From Verrucomicrobiota bacterium (GTDB lineage Bacteria; Verrucomicrobiota; Verrucomicrobiia; Opitutales; Seribacteraceae): a DNA stretch of 35,983 bases. Where the stretch lies: the NCBI GenBank assembly GCA_027622665.1, contig JAQBYT010000038.1, positions 1 through 35,983 on the forward strand. The letters are read 5' to 3'. This document shows, in pieces, positions 1 to 10,072 of the stretch. The notes beneath the pieces were generated by a model that did not search any database, was not told the origin of the DNA, and saw only the letters and a list, made by a program, of their open reading frames with translations. Numbering within the stretch: position 1 is the stretch's first letter; every line of letters begins with the position of its first letter. The translations under genes were made by a program, and so were the position numbers.

Positions 1-16
1 GGGGGGGGGGGGGGGG
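1..16. repeat. G16 homopolymer at window edge (poly-Pro CCC codons or sequencing artefact)
   Basis: 16 consecutive G, in frame with ...EPFTPPAP-PPPPP on the minus strand. Confidence 0.7.
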
Positions 17-1477
17 AGGTGCAGGAGGTGTAAAAGGTTCTGGTTCGGGTGCAGGGGGCAAAGCTGGTGGCGGTTCCGGAGCAAAGGGATCAATTGGCGT
101 GGCGGGAGCCGGCAAGTTAGGCTTTGTGTCGGTATTAGGAATGGCAAACGGGTCAAACGTGGGAAGCACAGGAGACGGTGGTGTTTTGGGGACGGCATTA
201 GGGAAAGGGGGCGGTGGTTGTGGAGTGGGGAATACCGGCGGTTCAATTGCAGGAAACGACGAGGCCGGTTCTTTCGTTTCGCCAGGTGCGGCAAAAGGAT
301 CAAATGCGGGAGGGGTGGGCGTCGTCGAAGGTCGACTCGGTGCGGCTTCCGGTTGAAGTGGAGGTAGCAGCGGAGTAGGTTCTGGCGATGGTTCAGGTGC
401 TGGGCTCGAGACAGGTTCGCTCGGTGCCGGAGGCGAGGGTGCGGGGGGCGCAAACGGATCTGGCTTGAGGGAGGGAGGTGTAGGTGGGGGCGAGGAGGGA
501 ACCTCAGGTTCTTCTGGAGAACTTGGTGTTCGGGAAGTGGCCTCGCTTGGCTCTTTCGTCACCGCGGGGTCGGGATCTGCGACCGAGGGGGGCGTTGGAA
601 GAACTTCCTTCGTACTCTCTATTCCATTTAGCAAGTCTTGGACAGGTTCACCATTTTCGAATCTGATTTCCGAAGTTTTCTTGCCGCTTTCATCCCATTC
701 GGAGCAAATCCCATGCTCTTTGTCATCTTGCCAATTATAGTCGAACGCTTGCTGTCCGTGTTCAAACCAACCTTTTGCATTCCCCTCTTTCTTGTCTTTA
801 ACGAAGCTTGCCACGAGGCGTTGTTTTCCATTCTCGTACCAGACTGTGCGAATACCGTGCATCTCGTCGCGTTGGTAATAAATACGGAACTTTGGTTGCC
901 CCGTGGGATACCATTCGGAGGCGGGTCCCTCGCGAAGTCCATGCCGATAAATCGTGGAGGATTTCCGGCGACCATCCTCATACCACTCAAGTGATTCACC
1001 GTGTGGTTTTTCGTCGCGCAACTCGACTGCGAAAGCTTTGTTTCCATTTAGAAACCATTCCGCCTTAACCCCGTTTAGCTTTCCGTTGCGATAGTTCTCT
1101 TCCCGTAACAACTCTCCTGTCATTCTGTATTCTCTGGAAGCGCCGTTCCGTTCCCCGTCATAAAAGGAAATTTCGCGCCGTTTGCGACCATTGTAGTAGT
1201 ATTCAGTGGTAAATCCATGTCGCTTTCCCGCATGCCAAGAAGAGATCGATTTTGTAGGGCTCTGCTCGAAAGTCTCGATTGCTCGTCCTGTAAAAAGAGG
1301 GGATTCCTCCGTGGCATTGCCTTCCCCACCGACTAAGCGAATCTGCCCATCGTTTCCTTGATCGAGCCAGTGGAGCATGACCGTTTGTTCGTCGGTCGTT
1401 AGTTGAGTCGAACTGACGCAACCAAAAACTAAGGATAGGATGGAAATGCAAATGAAGAGATAGTATGGCTTTTTCAT
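1..1477 (-). CDS. MORN-variant (YwqK-like) repeat lipoprotein with long Pro-rich C-terminal region; 3' end runs off the window
   Basis: Absent from the ORF track because it has no stop inside the window. Manual translation from ATG 1477 gives MKKPYYLFICISILSLVFGC (lipobox), then about 8 repeats of type G-x(3-4)-W/Y-Y-x-N/D-G (e.g. HGFTTEYYYNG, HGESLEWYEDG, HGIRTVWYENG). About 200 aa of Pro-rich sequence follow, open to base 2. Confidence 0.88.
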   Translation of the reverse strand, partial: MKKPYYLFICISILSLVFGCVSSTQLTTDEQTVMLHWLDQGNDGQIRLVGGEGNATEESPLFTGRAIETFEQSPTKSISSWHAGKRHGFTTEYYYNGRKRREISFYDGERNGASREYRMTGELLREENYRNGKLNGVKAEWFLNGNKAFAVELRDEKPHGESLEWYEDGRRKSSTIYRHGLREGPASEWYPTGQPKFRIYYQRDEMHGIRTVWYENGKQRLVASFVKDKKEGNAKGWFEHGQQAFDYNWQDDKEHGICSEWDESGKKTSEIRFENGEPVQDLLNGIESTKEVLPTPPSVADPDPAVTKEPSEATSRTPSSPEEPEVPSSPPPTPPSLKPDPFAPPAPSPPAPSEPVSSPAPEPSPEPTPLLPPLQPEAAPSRPSTTPTPPAFDPFAAPGETKEPASSFPAIEPPVFPTPQPPPPFPNAVPKTPPSPVLPTFDPFAIPNTDTKPNLPAPATPIDPFAPEPPPALPPAPEPEPFTPPAPPPPPP

Positions 1478-1664
1478 AGCTTTTTGTATATTGTCTCCCG
1501 CACGAAAAGGTTGCAAGAGGTTTTTAAGGCTTTGATTGGCCCATAAAACATTGAGAATCAGGCTTTATTATACCATTTGAGCCTTAAAAGCCATAGATGT
1601 ATGCAATTTAGACTTTTAATTAGGTTTGTGTAGAATGAGACCTTTTGTTTTTTTAGAAAAATCT

Positions 1665-2738
1665 ATGCAGTACTATTACATCGATTCAAATGGGAAAACG
1701 GCAGGACCCTTAGGGGAAGACAAGCTTCGCGAACTTCATGCAAATGGCGAGATTAAGGATGATACTGAGATTGCTGCAGTCGGAGCCGCCGAATGGACAA
1801 CTTTTGCCAGTATCCTTTCAGATTTGCTTCCAGTCTCGTCCCTAAAGGGTGCTCTCTTGCCGCCCCCTTCTTTGTCCGATTCGGCCTTGCTCCCGCCTTC
1901 GCAGGTGGCGGGTGCCGTTGCGAGCGTTCCGGCTTCCTCAACGGGTTCAATCAGTTGCGATGAAATCGGCTACGAAGTGATCGGTGACGACCTTCAGGTG
2001 GTCGAGGTGGAACTGGATCCCGGAGAGACCGTCATTGCTGAGGCAGGAGCCATGAACTACATGGAAGATGGTATCTCCTTTGAGGCCAAGATGGGTGATG
2101 GTTCGCACCCAAATGAAGGACTCTTTGGCAAGCTTCTTAGTGCAGGCAAGCGTGTTCTGACCGGTGAATCCATATTCATGACCCATTTTACTAATAATGG
2201 ATCCGGCAAGAGGCGCGTAGCTTTTGCGGCTCCCTATCCCGGCAAGATTCTGGACCTGAATATGGCCGAACTGGGAAAGGAGGTGTTTTGTCAAAAAGAC
2301 TCTTTTCTTTGCGCTGCTCACGGTACGGAGGTTTCTATTGCTTTTCAGAAGCGACTTGGGGCAGGTTTCTTCGGAGGGGAGGGCTTTATTCTGCAAAAGC
2401 TAAAGGGAGACGGCATGGCTTTTTCCCACGCCGGAGGCACCGTTGTCAGAAAGGAGTTGAATGGTCAAACCCTACGGGTGGACACCGGGTGTATCGTGGC
2501 CTTCACTTCGGGTGTTGAGTACGACATTCAAATGGCCGGAGGTCTCAAATCCATGTTTTTTGGGGGAGAAGGCCTTTTTCTCGCTACCCTAAGTGGGCAT
2601 GGGACCGTTTGGTTGCAAAGTCTCCCGTTTTCTCGCTTGGCCGATCGCATATTACAGTCGGCTCCGTCGGCTGGCGGGAAGTCCAAGGGAGAAGGTTCTG
2701 TTCTCGGTGGCATCGGTCGCCTTTTGGATGGCGATTAA
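1665..2738 (+). CDS. AIM24 / TIGR00266 family protein with N-terminal GYF_2 domain
   Basis: N-terminus [16 protein letters not shown]...G.I..DT.I...G..EW is a GYF_2 pattern. After a Pro/Ser linker come AIM24 motifs ([72 protein letters not shown]). ATG 1665 is preferred over TTG 1626. Confidence 0.9.
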   Translation: MQYYYIDSNGKTAGPLGEDKLRELHANGEIKDDTEIAAVGAAEWTTFASILSDLLPVSSLKGALLPPPSLSDSALLPPSQVAGAVASVPASSTGSISCDEIGYEVIGDDLQVVEVELDPGETVIAEAGAMNYMEDGISFEAKMGDGSHPNEGLFGKLLSAGKRVLTGESIFMTHFTNNGSGKRRVAFAAPYPGKILDLNMAELGKEVFCQKDSFLCAAHGTEVSIAFQKRLGAGFFGGEGFILQKLKGDGMAFSHAGGTVVRKELNGQTLRVDTGCIVAFTSGVEYDIQMAGGLKSMFFGGEGLFLATLSGHGTVWLQSLPFSRLADRILQSAPSAGGKSKGEGSVLGGIGRLLDGD

Positions 2739-2807
2739 GCGGAGTTTGACAACTCAAGGAGTTCGAGGACAGTAGCTTTTTGCGTCGGATCGGACTGGAT
2801 ACTAGTG

Positions 2808-3206
2808 CTACTCGTTTTCTTTGGCGAAAAATTCCGCCCAAGCTTGCCTCTCCTTCCTCGTGGGGCGCGACGCAGTTGAATTCCGACTGAACTTAGGCAT
2901 TGCATTGCGATGTTCCCGAGCTGCGGCGTAGTCTTCTTCGGGCGTTAGGTCTTTGAGGTACTCTGCCACGGTTTTGGCTCCTACGCGTTTCTCTATAATA
3001 GCTACCACTTTTAACCTTATGTTCAAGCCGTCCTTTCTCACTGTGACGATATCGCCGGGAGCCACCTCTCGCGAGGGCTTGGCTTTCAGGTCTGCCACTT
3101 TTACCTTTCCAGCTTTGCAGGACTCGATGGCCAGAGTACGTGTCTTGAAAACCCTTGTCGCCCATAACCACTTGTCGATCCGCACAGTGCTTTTGCGATC
3201 AGTCAT
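2808..3206 (-). CDS. hslR: Ribosome-associated heat shock protein Hsp15 (S4 RNA-binding domain)
   Basis: VRIDKWLWATRVFKTR.LA...C..GKV, KPSREV..GD and C-terminal RPTRKER are the Hsp15 signature. Confidence 0.92.
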   Translation of the reverse strand: MTDRKSTVRIDKWLWATRVFKTRTLAIESCKAGKVKVADLKAKPSREVAPGDIVTVRKDGLNIRLKVVAIIEKRVGAKTVAEYLKDLTPEEDYAAAREHRNAMPKFSRNSTASRPTRKERQAWAEFFAKENE

Positions 3207-3688
3207 TTTCCGCCATCATCTCCCTTGAAAGTTGGAGATCTGGCCGATCGGGTCAACTTGAAGGCAATCTTCATCGAGATTACCGTGCCATTCTTCAAGT
3301 GAATCTCCAATGGCGCCCCGGCCGTGGTCGGAGGAAGCACGTTGTTTATTTCCTCAGGGCTTATTCCCTGTCGACGCAGCGAGTAGGGGAGGAAGTTGTA
3401 AAGCACGGGATGATAATTGTCCAGGTCGGGCAAAACCTGATCCCGCTTGGAGAACACAATACCCGCCAAAAGAAAACTTAACTTCCGCTCTTCCTTCAAT
3501 CCCAAGCCCTTGGCGATTTTTGCCAAGCTCTTTATTCCGGCGTGCCGGATGCCGTTTTCTAGGTCGTTCACAATGGAAGTGGCCACGCCGGACTCCTTGG
3601 CCAATTGACCTTGGGTTAACCCCCTGAGCCTTCGCTCTTTTTTAAGTACTAATCCAAAAGCCTTGATTTTTTTCTGAGCCATAACCAT
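3203..3688 (-). CDS. XRE/Cro-C1 family helix-turn-helix regulator
   Basis: FG..LKKERRLRGLTQGQLA..SGV....VNDLENG.R.....LAKIAKGLG is an HTH_3 pattern. Its stop overlaps the hslR start (ATGA at 3203-3206). Start is 3688 or 3682. Confidence 0.85.
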   Translation of the reverse strand: MVMAQKKIKAFGLVLKKERRLRGLTQGQLAKESGVATSIVNDLENGIRHAGIKSLAKIAKGLGLKEERKLSFLLAGIVFSKRDQVLPDLDNYHPVLYNFLPYSLRRQGISPEEINNVLPPTTAGAPLEIHLKNGTVISMKIAFKLTRSARSPTFKGDDGGK

Positions 3689-3851
3689 CTTACATGGTCT
3701 TCGGGCTGCCTCCGTCAAGGCAATACTTGTAACTTGTTAAAAATCAATAATCACCTAATTGACAAATGAGCCCGATCTTAATCCGTTTTGAATTACTTGC
3801 CCTTGCTGAAAGCTGAGTTACTGGCTTCTTTCTGGCTTTTGCGAATCGCAT

Positions 3852-5336
3852 TTATTTCGATTCATTGCTTTTCGGGAGGGTCTTCTCCGTTGGATTGATT
3901 CCCATTACCTGTGCTTCAAATAGTAGGGTTCCATTTGCCTCGGTTCGGTTTAAGTCCATGTAAGTGGGAAGTTGAAGGCGTAACTGGAGTGTGGAACCGA
4001 TCTTCAAATTGATATTTTCTCCGTTGGTGGATGACGTGCCCATCATCTCCGTTATAGGTTGTTGGGCATCGCGATTTTTCGGCAAGTTGTCCTTGGTTTT
4101 GCCGTTGCCTTCTTCTTTTCCGCCAAAACTGCCGAAATTTCGTACCGTATCGATGAAATCAGAGAGCTGTTCTTGTTTGTTAACGGCTATCCATACTAAG
4201 GTTCCCGCGACGAGGACGACCACGGTTATTAACTTTTTGTTCAAGCCCATCCCCGTATTCGGCTTCTCAGGTCGCGGTCCGTCTATGTCTTCGTCCCATT
4301 CTTCCCATTCCTTTTTCTTTCGCCTTCGCTCAATAAAGGAGCCGGCGAGAATGGAAAGCTCGTAAAGTATGTAGAGGGGGATCGTGAGAATACTAAGGCT
4401 TACCGGATCTCCACCTGGCGTAATCAGTGCTGCAGAAACCATGAGAATGACAAATACCATGCGCCGGTTGCTTCTCAGTTTCTCTACTGAAAGCACCCCT
4501 ATCCAGGTGAGCAGTACGATGATAAGAGGGAATTCGAAGGCAAGTCCCACGGCGAAGGTCATCCATATCACCGTACTGTAATAGTTGCCCGCCTCGGGCC
4601 TGTAAGTATCGAGTCCGAGCACGTCGAAGGTGAACTCGATGGTAAAGGCGAGCGAGAAAGGTAGAATGACGAAGTAAGTCATTGCGGCTCCGGCTAGGAA
4701 TAGGATAAAGGCCACAATGCAGCCGGGGAAAAGCACGGATTTTTCTTTTAAAGACAGCCCCGGGATTACGAACCCACCGATGAAGTAAAAAATAAAGGGC
4801 AAGGAAATGCCCAAGCCGCCCAAAAAACATATCTTCATTGCAATGAAAATGGGAGAATAGGAGCGGATGACCTGTAGGAGGTGTCGGTTTTGACCGGCTT
4901 TGAAATGTGAAAGGATGCGAGTTCTGTGGTACGGGTCGCTTATGCCCCATTCAATTAGCGTCTGCTCGTCAGCGTTTCTTAATGTGCCAAGATCGATGTC
5001 CTTGTCGTGGAGAGGTTCGATATATTGTTCAAGGCCAATGCCTTGAAGATCGACGTCGATTTCTCCAAAGTCGTCCACGGCGGTTACCAGTGGTTGCTGG
5101 AGAATTTGGACGGATTCGTCGATGAATGCGGCAACCGCAACGCATCCCACAATAAAAGAAATAGCACACTTGAATATGACCCATCGCAACTCTTCGAGGT
5201 GTTCGAGGAAGTGCATCTGATTGGGGTCCTGATTCTTTTTTTCTTTTGGTTTGAGTGCCCCAATCAAGCCGTCATCGCGGAAACGTTCCGCAAAGGTTTT
5301 CGGTTTTTGTTTTTCAACTGGTTCTTGGTCACTCAT
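3852..5336 (-). CDS. tatC: Twin-arginine translocase subunit TatC, extended (SAM-like insertion, extra C-terminal TM and tail)
   Basis: Motifs M.FLEHLEELR, F..PGL...EK, YFVILP, FEFP, SAL.TP..DP.S and P.Y.LYE.SI. At 494 aa it is about twice the usual ~250 aa. Confidence 0.93.
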   Translation of the reverse strand: MSDQEPVEKQKPKTFAERFRDDGLIGALKPKEKKNQDPNQMHFLEHLEELRWVIFKCAISFIVGCVAVAAFIDESVQILQQPLVTAVDDFGEIDVDLQGIGLEQYIEPLHDKDIDLGTLRNADEQTLIEWGISDPYHRTRILSHFKAGQNRHLLQVIRSYSPIFIAMKICFLGGLGISLPFIFYFIGGFVIPGLSLKEKSVLFPGCIVAFILFLAGAAMTYFVILPFSLAFTIEFTFDVLGLDTYRPEAGNYYSTVIWMTFAVGLAFEFPLIIVLLTWIGVLSVEKLRSNRRMVFVILMVSAALITPGGDPVSLSILTIPLYILYELSILAGSFIERRRKKKEWEEWDEDIDGPRPEKPNTGMGLNKKLITVVVLVAGTLVWIAVNKQEQLSDFIDTVRNFGSFGGKEEGNGKTKDNLPKNRDAQQPITEMMGTSSTNGENINLKIGSTLQLRLQLPTYMDLNRTEANGTLLFEAQVMGINPTEKTLPKSNESK

Positions 5337-5591
5337 CGTAATGGTAATTCAGGCAATATTCCCATTCTGAGAACATTGCTTTAAATCGTTCATTTTAAGC
5401 CTCAAAAAGAGAGAATTGGCAAAACTATTTTACCAATTTAGGCGTCTTGTGACTATGGAAGTAGCGCGTTGACAATATTCTTTAAAATGACATTTATTGT
5501 ACCTCGTAATTCTCCTCTTTCAATTCCGCCCTATCTGCCCTGCTGAATTTTCTCTATTTATTGTTAATTTTTATACAAACACGCACCAAAC

Positions 5592-8339
5592 ATGGCTAAA
5601 AAGCAAAAAAAGACAGTGAAAAAATCAAGATCAACTGCCCCCAAGTACGTATATGACTTTGGCAAAAAGACCGATGGAGACGCCTCGCAACGTTCCCTCC
5701 TCGGGGGCAAGGGTGCGAACTTGGCCGAAATGGCTCGCATCGGGCTACCGGTTCCTCCCGGGTTTACTATTACGACCGAGGTTTGTACCCATTTCTACGC
5801 GAATGATCAAAGTTATCCGGAGGTTCTGGAAGAACAGGTTCGCAAGTCCGTTGCTCTTACTGAGAAACAGCTTGGCAAGAAACTAGGCGATCTCAAAAAT
5901 CCACTCCTCCTCTCGGTTCGTTCCGGTGCCCGCGACTCCATGCCGGGAATGATGGATACCATTCTCAATCTCGGCTTGAATGACGAAACGGTTGAAGCCC
6001 TTGCCACCTCTTCCGGGAATTCTCGTTTCGCATGGGATTGCTACAGGCGTTTTATTCAGATGTACGGTGGCGTCGTGATGGGCGTTCAGAAGTTGGATGG
6101 CGAGGAGCATGATCCCTTTGAAAGTGCAATCGATTGTTTGAAGGAGGAACTTTTTCCGAACGAGAAAGGCGAGATTGATGATAATCGTCTCAATGTCACG
6201 CAAATGAAAGAGCTTGTTTCTCGATTCAAGTCTTTGGTCAGAGAGCGTGCCGGGAGCGATTTCCCGACCTGCCCATGGGAGCAGCTTTGGGGTTCGACGG
6301 GTGCCGTCTTTGGTTCGTGGATGAACGACAGGGCCAATGTCTATCGTCGCAAATACGGAATTCCGGCCTCGTGGGGAACCGCAGTGAACGTTCAAGCCAT
6401 GGTGTTCGGGAATTCCGGTAAAAAATCAGGTTCGGGCGTTGGTTTTACTCGTGATCCCGCGAGCGGCGAAAAAGTGCTCTACGGAGAATTCCTCACCAAC
6501 GCTCAAGGTGAAGATGTGGTGGCAGGTGTTCGTACGCCTCGTCCTCTCTCCCAGCTCAAGCGTGTTCTCCCTAAATCCTTTACCGGTCTGGTCGCCGTCC
6601 AAAAGAAGCTTGAGAAGCACTTTAAGGACATGCAGGACTTTGAATTTACAATCGAGGATGAAAAGCTCTACATGCTTCAAACCCGCAATGGCAAGCGGAC
6701 GGGCATTGCTGCAGTTCGTATTGCCGTCGAGATGGTTAAGGAACGTCTTATCGACTGGAAAACGGCCATTACTCGTGTTCCTGCCGACCAACTGGACCAA
6801 GTGTTGTCACCCGTGTTTGATGCCGCTGCAGTAAAGAACGCAGACCTCCTTTGCAAAGGTTTGCCCGCTGGTCCCGGTGCTGCGAGTGGTCGTATTTTTC
6901 TTAATGCCGACCGAGCTGTGGTCGAAGCGAAGAAGGGCTCTGTATTACTCACTCGTGTTGAAACCTCTCCCGAAGACTTGCGCGGAATGATTGCGGCCGC
7001 AGGCATTCTCACTGCTCGCGGTGGCGTATCCTCTCATGCCGCCTTGGTTGCACGACAGATGGGCAAGGTTTGCGTATGTGGAGCCGCCGATCTGGAAGTC
7101 GATTACAAGGCTCGCACAGTCAAGGTTGCTGGAAAGACCTTCAAGGAAGGTGACTATCTTTCCATCGATGGTACGAGCGGTGAGGTCTTTGCTGGTGAGC
7201 TTAAGACCGCTCCTTCTGAGATCATCCAAGTTCTCATAGAGAAAACATTAGATCCAGAGAAGAGTAACGATTATCAGAATTTCGCAAAGTTGATGGATTG
7301 GTGCGAAAACGCCACCAAGTTAGGAGTTCGCGCCAATGCCGACTCTCCGTCCCAAGTGGTCAATGCAATCGCTTTCGGAGCATCGGGAATTGGACTCTGT
7401 CGTACCGAGCATATGTTCTTCGAGGGCAATCGTATCGACGCCATGCGCGAAATGATTTTGGCCGAGGAAGAAGATGCTCGCCGCAAGGCCCTCACGAAAC
7501 TCTTGCCGTACCAGCGTCGTGATTTCGCTGGAATATTCAAGGCTCTCGAGGGTCGTCCGGCTACCATCCGTTTGCTCGATCCGCCTCTGCATGAATTTCT
7601 GCCTAATGATGAATCTGCCCAGCGTGACCTTGCCAAAAAACTCGGTGTTTCTCTAGCCTCGATCAAAAAGCGCGTGGAAGATCTTCATGAATTCAATCCT
7701 ATGCTAGGCCACCGTGGTTGTCGTCTCGGGATTTCATATCCCGAGGTTACGGAAATGCAGGCTCGGGCCATTTTCGAGGCTGCCGTTCAAGTGCAGGCCG
7801 GAGGAATCGACGTAAGCCCTGAAATCATGGTTCCGCTCGTTGGTTTCCCCAAGGAACTCGAACTTCAGGTGGAGGTTATTCACCGTGTGGCCAAGGAGGT
7901 GTTTGCGGCCAAGGGAGCCAAGGTAAAATATTTGGTAGGCACTATGATCGAGATTCCGAGAGCGGCCTTGACCGCCGACGAGATAGCCAAGACAGCCCAG
8001 TTCTTTAGCTTTGGGACCAACGATCTGACACAGACGACTCTGGGTATGAGCCGTGATGATTCCGGGAGCTTCTTGTCCAATTACGCCGAACTTGATATTC
8101 TTGCCCAAAACCCTTTTGCCAGTGTTGATCAGAGTGGTGTAGGCAAGTTGATGGAAATGGCGGTAAAGCTTGGGAAAAAGAGCCGTCGTAATATTAAGTT
8201 GGGAATTTGTGGAGAGCACGGTGGCGATCCCGAAAGCATCAAGTTCTGCCACAAGATCGGTCTGCACTATGTTAGCTGCTCTCCTTACCGAGTTCCCACC
8301 GCTCGTCTTGCAGCCGCACAAGCTGCAGTTCAAAGCTAA
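5592..8339 (+). CDS. ppdK: Pyruvate, phosphate dikinase
   Basis: [38 protein letters not shown], phospho-His motif [28 protein letters not shown] and [10 protein letters not shown]. Confidence 0.98.
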   Translation: MAKKQKKTVKKSRSTAPKYVYDFGKKTDGDASQRSLLGGKGANLAEMARIGLPVPPGFTITTEVCTHFYANDQSYPEVLEEQVRKSVALTEKQLGKKLGDLKNPLLLSVRSGARDSMPGMMDTILNLGLNDETVEALATSSGNSRFAWDCYRRFIQMYGGVVMGVQKLDGEEHDPFESAIDCLKEELFPNEKGEIDDNRLNVTQMKELVSRFKSLVRERAGSDFPTCPWEQLWGSTGAVFGSWMNDRANVYRRKYGIPASWGTAVNVQAMVFGNSGKKSGSGVGFTRDPASGEKVLYGEFLTNAQGEDVVAGVRTPRPLSQLKRVLPKSFTGLVAVQKKLEKHFKDMQDFEFTIEDEKLYMLQTRNGKRTGIAAVRIAVEMVKERLIDWKTAITRVPADQLDQVLSPVFDAAAVKNADLLCKGLPAGPGAASGRIFLNADRAVVEAKKGSVLLTRVETSPEDLRGMIAAAGILTARGGVSSHAALVARQMGKVCVCGAADLEVDYKARTVKVAGKTFKEGDYLSIDGTSGEVFAGELKTAPSEIIQVLIEKTLDPEKSNDYQNFAKLMDWCENATKLGVRANADSPSQVVNAIAFGASGIGLCRTEHMFFEGNRIDAMREMILAEEEDARRKALTKLLPYQRRDFAGIFKALEGRPATIRLLDPPLHEFLPNDESAQRDLAKKLGVSLASIKKRVEDLHEFNPMLGHRGCRLGISYPEVTEMQARAIFEAAVQVQAGGIDVSPEIMVPLVGFPKELELQVEVIHRVAKEVFAAKGAKVKYLVGTMIEIPRAALTADEIAKTAQFFSFGTNDLTQTTLGMSRDDSGSFLSNYAELDILAQNPFASVDQSGVGKLMEMAVKLGKKSRRNIKLGICGEHGGDPESIKFCHKIGLHYVSCSPYRVPTARLAAAQAAVQS

Positions 8340-8387
8340 TCGAACATTGAAATTTGGCTTCACGCCTGACAAGTAGATCTTTTGTCG

Positions 8388-8430
8388 CGGGTCGGTTTCC
8401 CATTTTGAGAGATCGACCCGTTTTTATTTT
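8388..8430 (+). terminator. Rho-independent terminator after ppdK
   Basis: 12-bp stem CGGGTCGGTTTC / GAGATCGACCCG (two G-U pairs) followed by TTTTTATTTT. Confidence 0.75.
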
Positions 8431-8459
8431 CAAAGTTATTCTCCGCTTTATCGACTCTT

Positions 8460-9767
8460 GTGTTTGAGGTTAGCGACAAGCCTAGACGAGTGGAACGAGC
8501 CTTTTTGGTTTCGGTCGTCAGGCACAAAGAAGAGGAGGCTCGGTCGGTCTCCTTGTTGGAAGAGTTGAAGGAGCTTGTGGAAAACCTTGGAATCGAGGTC
8601 ATCGGTTCGAACTTGGCTCGGGCTCGTAAGACCTATCCGAAGTTTCTTTTAGGCAAGGGCAAGGTACACGAAATCCTTGCCCTTACAGAGGCTGCCGAGT
8701 GCGACGTTATTGTTTTTGATAACGAACTTACTCCGGGGCAGCAGAGGAATTGGGAAAAAGAAAGCAAGGGAGCTGTAATCGATAGGCACGAGGTAATAAT
8801 TGATGTTTTTGCTGATCGTGCTCAAACTCGCGAAGCTGTTCTTCAAGTTGAACTGGCTCGTCTCGAATACTCCTTGCCTCGCCTTCGTCGGGCATGGACT
8901 CACCTCGGTAGGCAGCGTGGGGGCGGAGTTACTCAGCGTGGCGAAGGAGAGGCTCAAATCGAATTGGACCAACGTATGGTTCGAGACAAGATCGCCTCCA
9001 CTAAACGAGAACTTGTTCATGTAATTCGCCAGCGTGCCGTAAGCCGTAAGCGACGTCGTCGCGTGCCCGTTCCGACCGCGTCCATCGTGGGTTATACCAA
9101 TGCAGGGAAATCCACACTGCTCAACAAATTGACTGGCTCCGACATTTATGTCGCCGACAAGCTTTTCGCCACTTTGGATCCGACCAGCCGGAAGATGAAT
9201 TTGCCTTCCGGTCGAGGACTTATTCTCACTGATACGGTTGGTTTCGTAAGGAATCTCCCGCACCGTTTGGTGGATGCGTTCAAGGCAACGCTCGAGGAGG
9301 CTTTAGTCGCCGATTTCCTCATTCACGTGGTTGACCTTTCATCAGGGCAGGTCGTTGATCAAATGGAGACGACTCTTGAGGTTCTCGACGAATTGGGGAT
9401 TGTCGAAAAAAAGATCATCACCGTGTTCAACAAGGTCGATTTGATCGACGATGAGATCGAGCGTGCGTCTGCCCGCTTTAAGGTGCCCGACGCCATCTTT
9501 GTAAGTGCTACGACGGGCGAGGGACTGGAGGCGTTGACTACTGTCTTTGAGGATACCTTGAAGGAAGGTGTCGTGGAGCGAGAATACCTTGTGCCTCACG
9601 ATCGCTATGATCTGGTTGCTCGACTTCGTCGGGCAGGCTCCATCCGAAAAGAAGAATCAAACGAAGACGGGATTTTCCTATTGGCTAGCCCTCCAGATTC
9701 GTTAATCCCCGTTATGGAAGCGTTTCGTTCCAAACACGGACCTTTAATCCATGCTGCCTTGGAGTGA
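8460..9767 (+). CDS. hflX: Ribosome-splitting GTPase HflX
   Basis: G1 GYTNAGKS, G2 LFATLDPT, G3 DTVGF and G4 NKVD, plus N-terminal ELTPGQQRN, A.TREA.LQVELA and GEGEAQIELD.R. TTG start. Confidence 0.96.
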   Translation: MFEVSDKPRRVERAFLVSVVRHKEEEARSVSLLEELKELVENLGIEVIGSNLARARKTYPKFLLGKGKVHEILALTEAAECDVIVFDNELTPGQQRNWEKESKGAVIDRHEVIIDVFADRAQTREAVLQVELARLEYSLPRLRRAWTHLGRQRGGGVTQRGEGEAQIELDQRMVRDKIASTKRELVHVIRQRAVSRKRRRRVPVPTASIVGYTNAGKSTLLNKLTGSDIYVADKLFATLDPTSRKMNLPSGRGLILTDTVGFVRNLPHRLVDAFKATLEEALVADFLIHVVDLSSGQVVDQMETTLEVLDELGIVEKKIITVFNKVDLIDDEIERASARFKVPDAIFVSATTGEGLEALTTVFEDTLKEGVVEREYLVPHDRYDLVARLRRAGSIRKEESNEDGIFLLASPPDSLIPVMEAFRSKHGPLIHAALE

Positions 9768-9780
9768 ACGGCAACTATTG

Positions 9781-10026
9781 CTAGCTGTTTTTTTGGCGAA
9801 GCCAGTCTACCCAAGTGACCCTCAGCATACCGATTGCGAGCCAGAACACTCCCGTAATGCAGAATGAGGTATAGGATGCGACCAAACCGATCATGTCGGG
9901 GTCGTTCGACGGTACGTGTGACTTGAACACCTCGCGCATGAACAAAAAGAAAAGTACCGTGAGAATAGCATCCACAATGGTTCCTTTTCTCGAGATCAGC
10001 TTAGTTACTTCTTTTTCTTCGCTCAT
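9781..10026 (-). CDS. Small two-TM membrane protein downstream of gcvP
   Basis: 81 aa with an ATG start and two hydrophobic segments. It fills the gap between gcvP and the convergent hflX. Confidence 0.75.
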   Translation of the reverse strand: MSEEKEVTKLISRKGTIVDAILTVLFFLFMREVFKSHVPSNDPDMIGLVASYTSFCITGVFWLAIGMLRVTWVDWLRQKNS

Positions 10027-10072
10027 TGGATAAGAGGATGAAAATGTTGGGATGTTGCTCGTGGGTCAAACC

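Noticed and set aside
99..1451. Short Gly-rich and other ORFs listed in the track
   Set aside because: They are antisense or off-frame shadows of the real minus-strand MORN/Pro-rich gene (<1-1477).
600..1477. YwqK-type toxin-antitoxin system
   Set aside because: The MORN-variant repeats attract that label, but the protein is a lipoprotein and no toxin gene is visible beside it.
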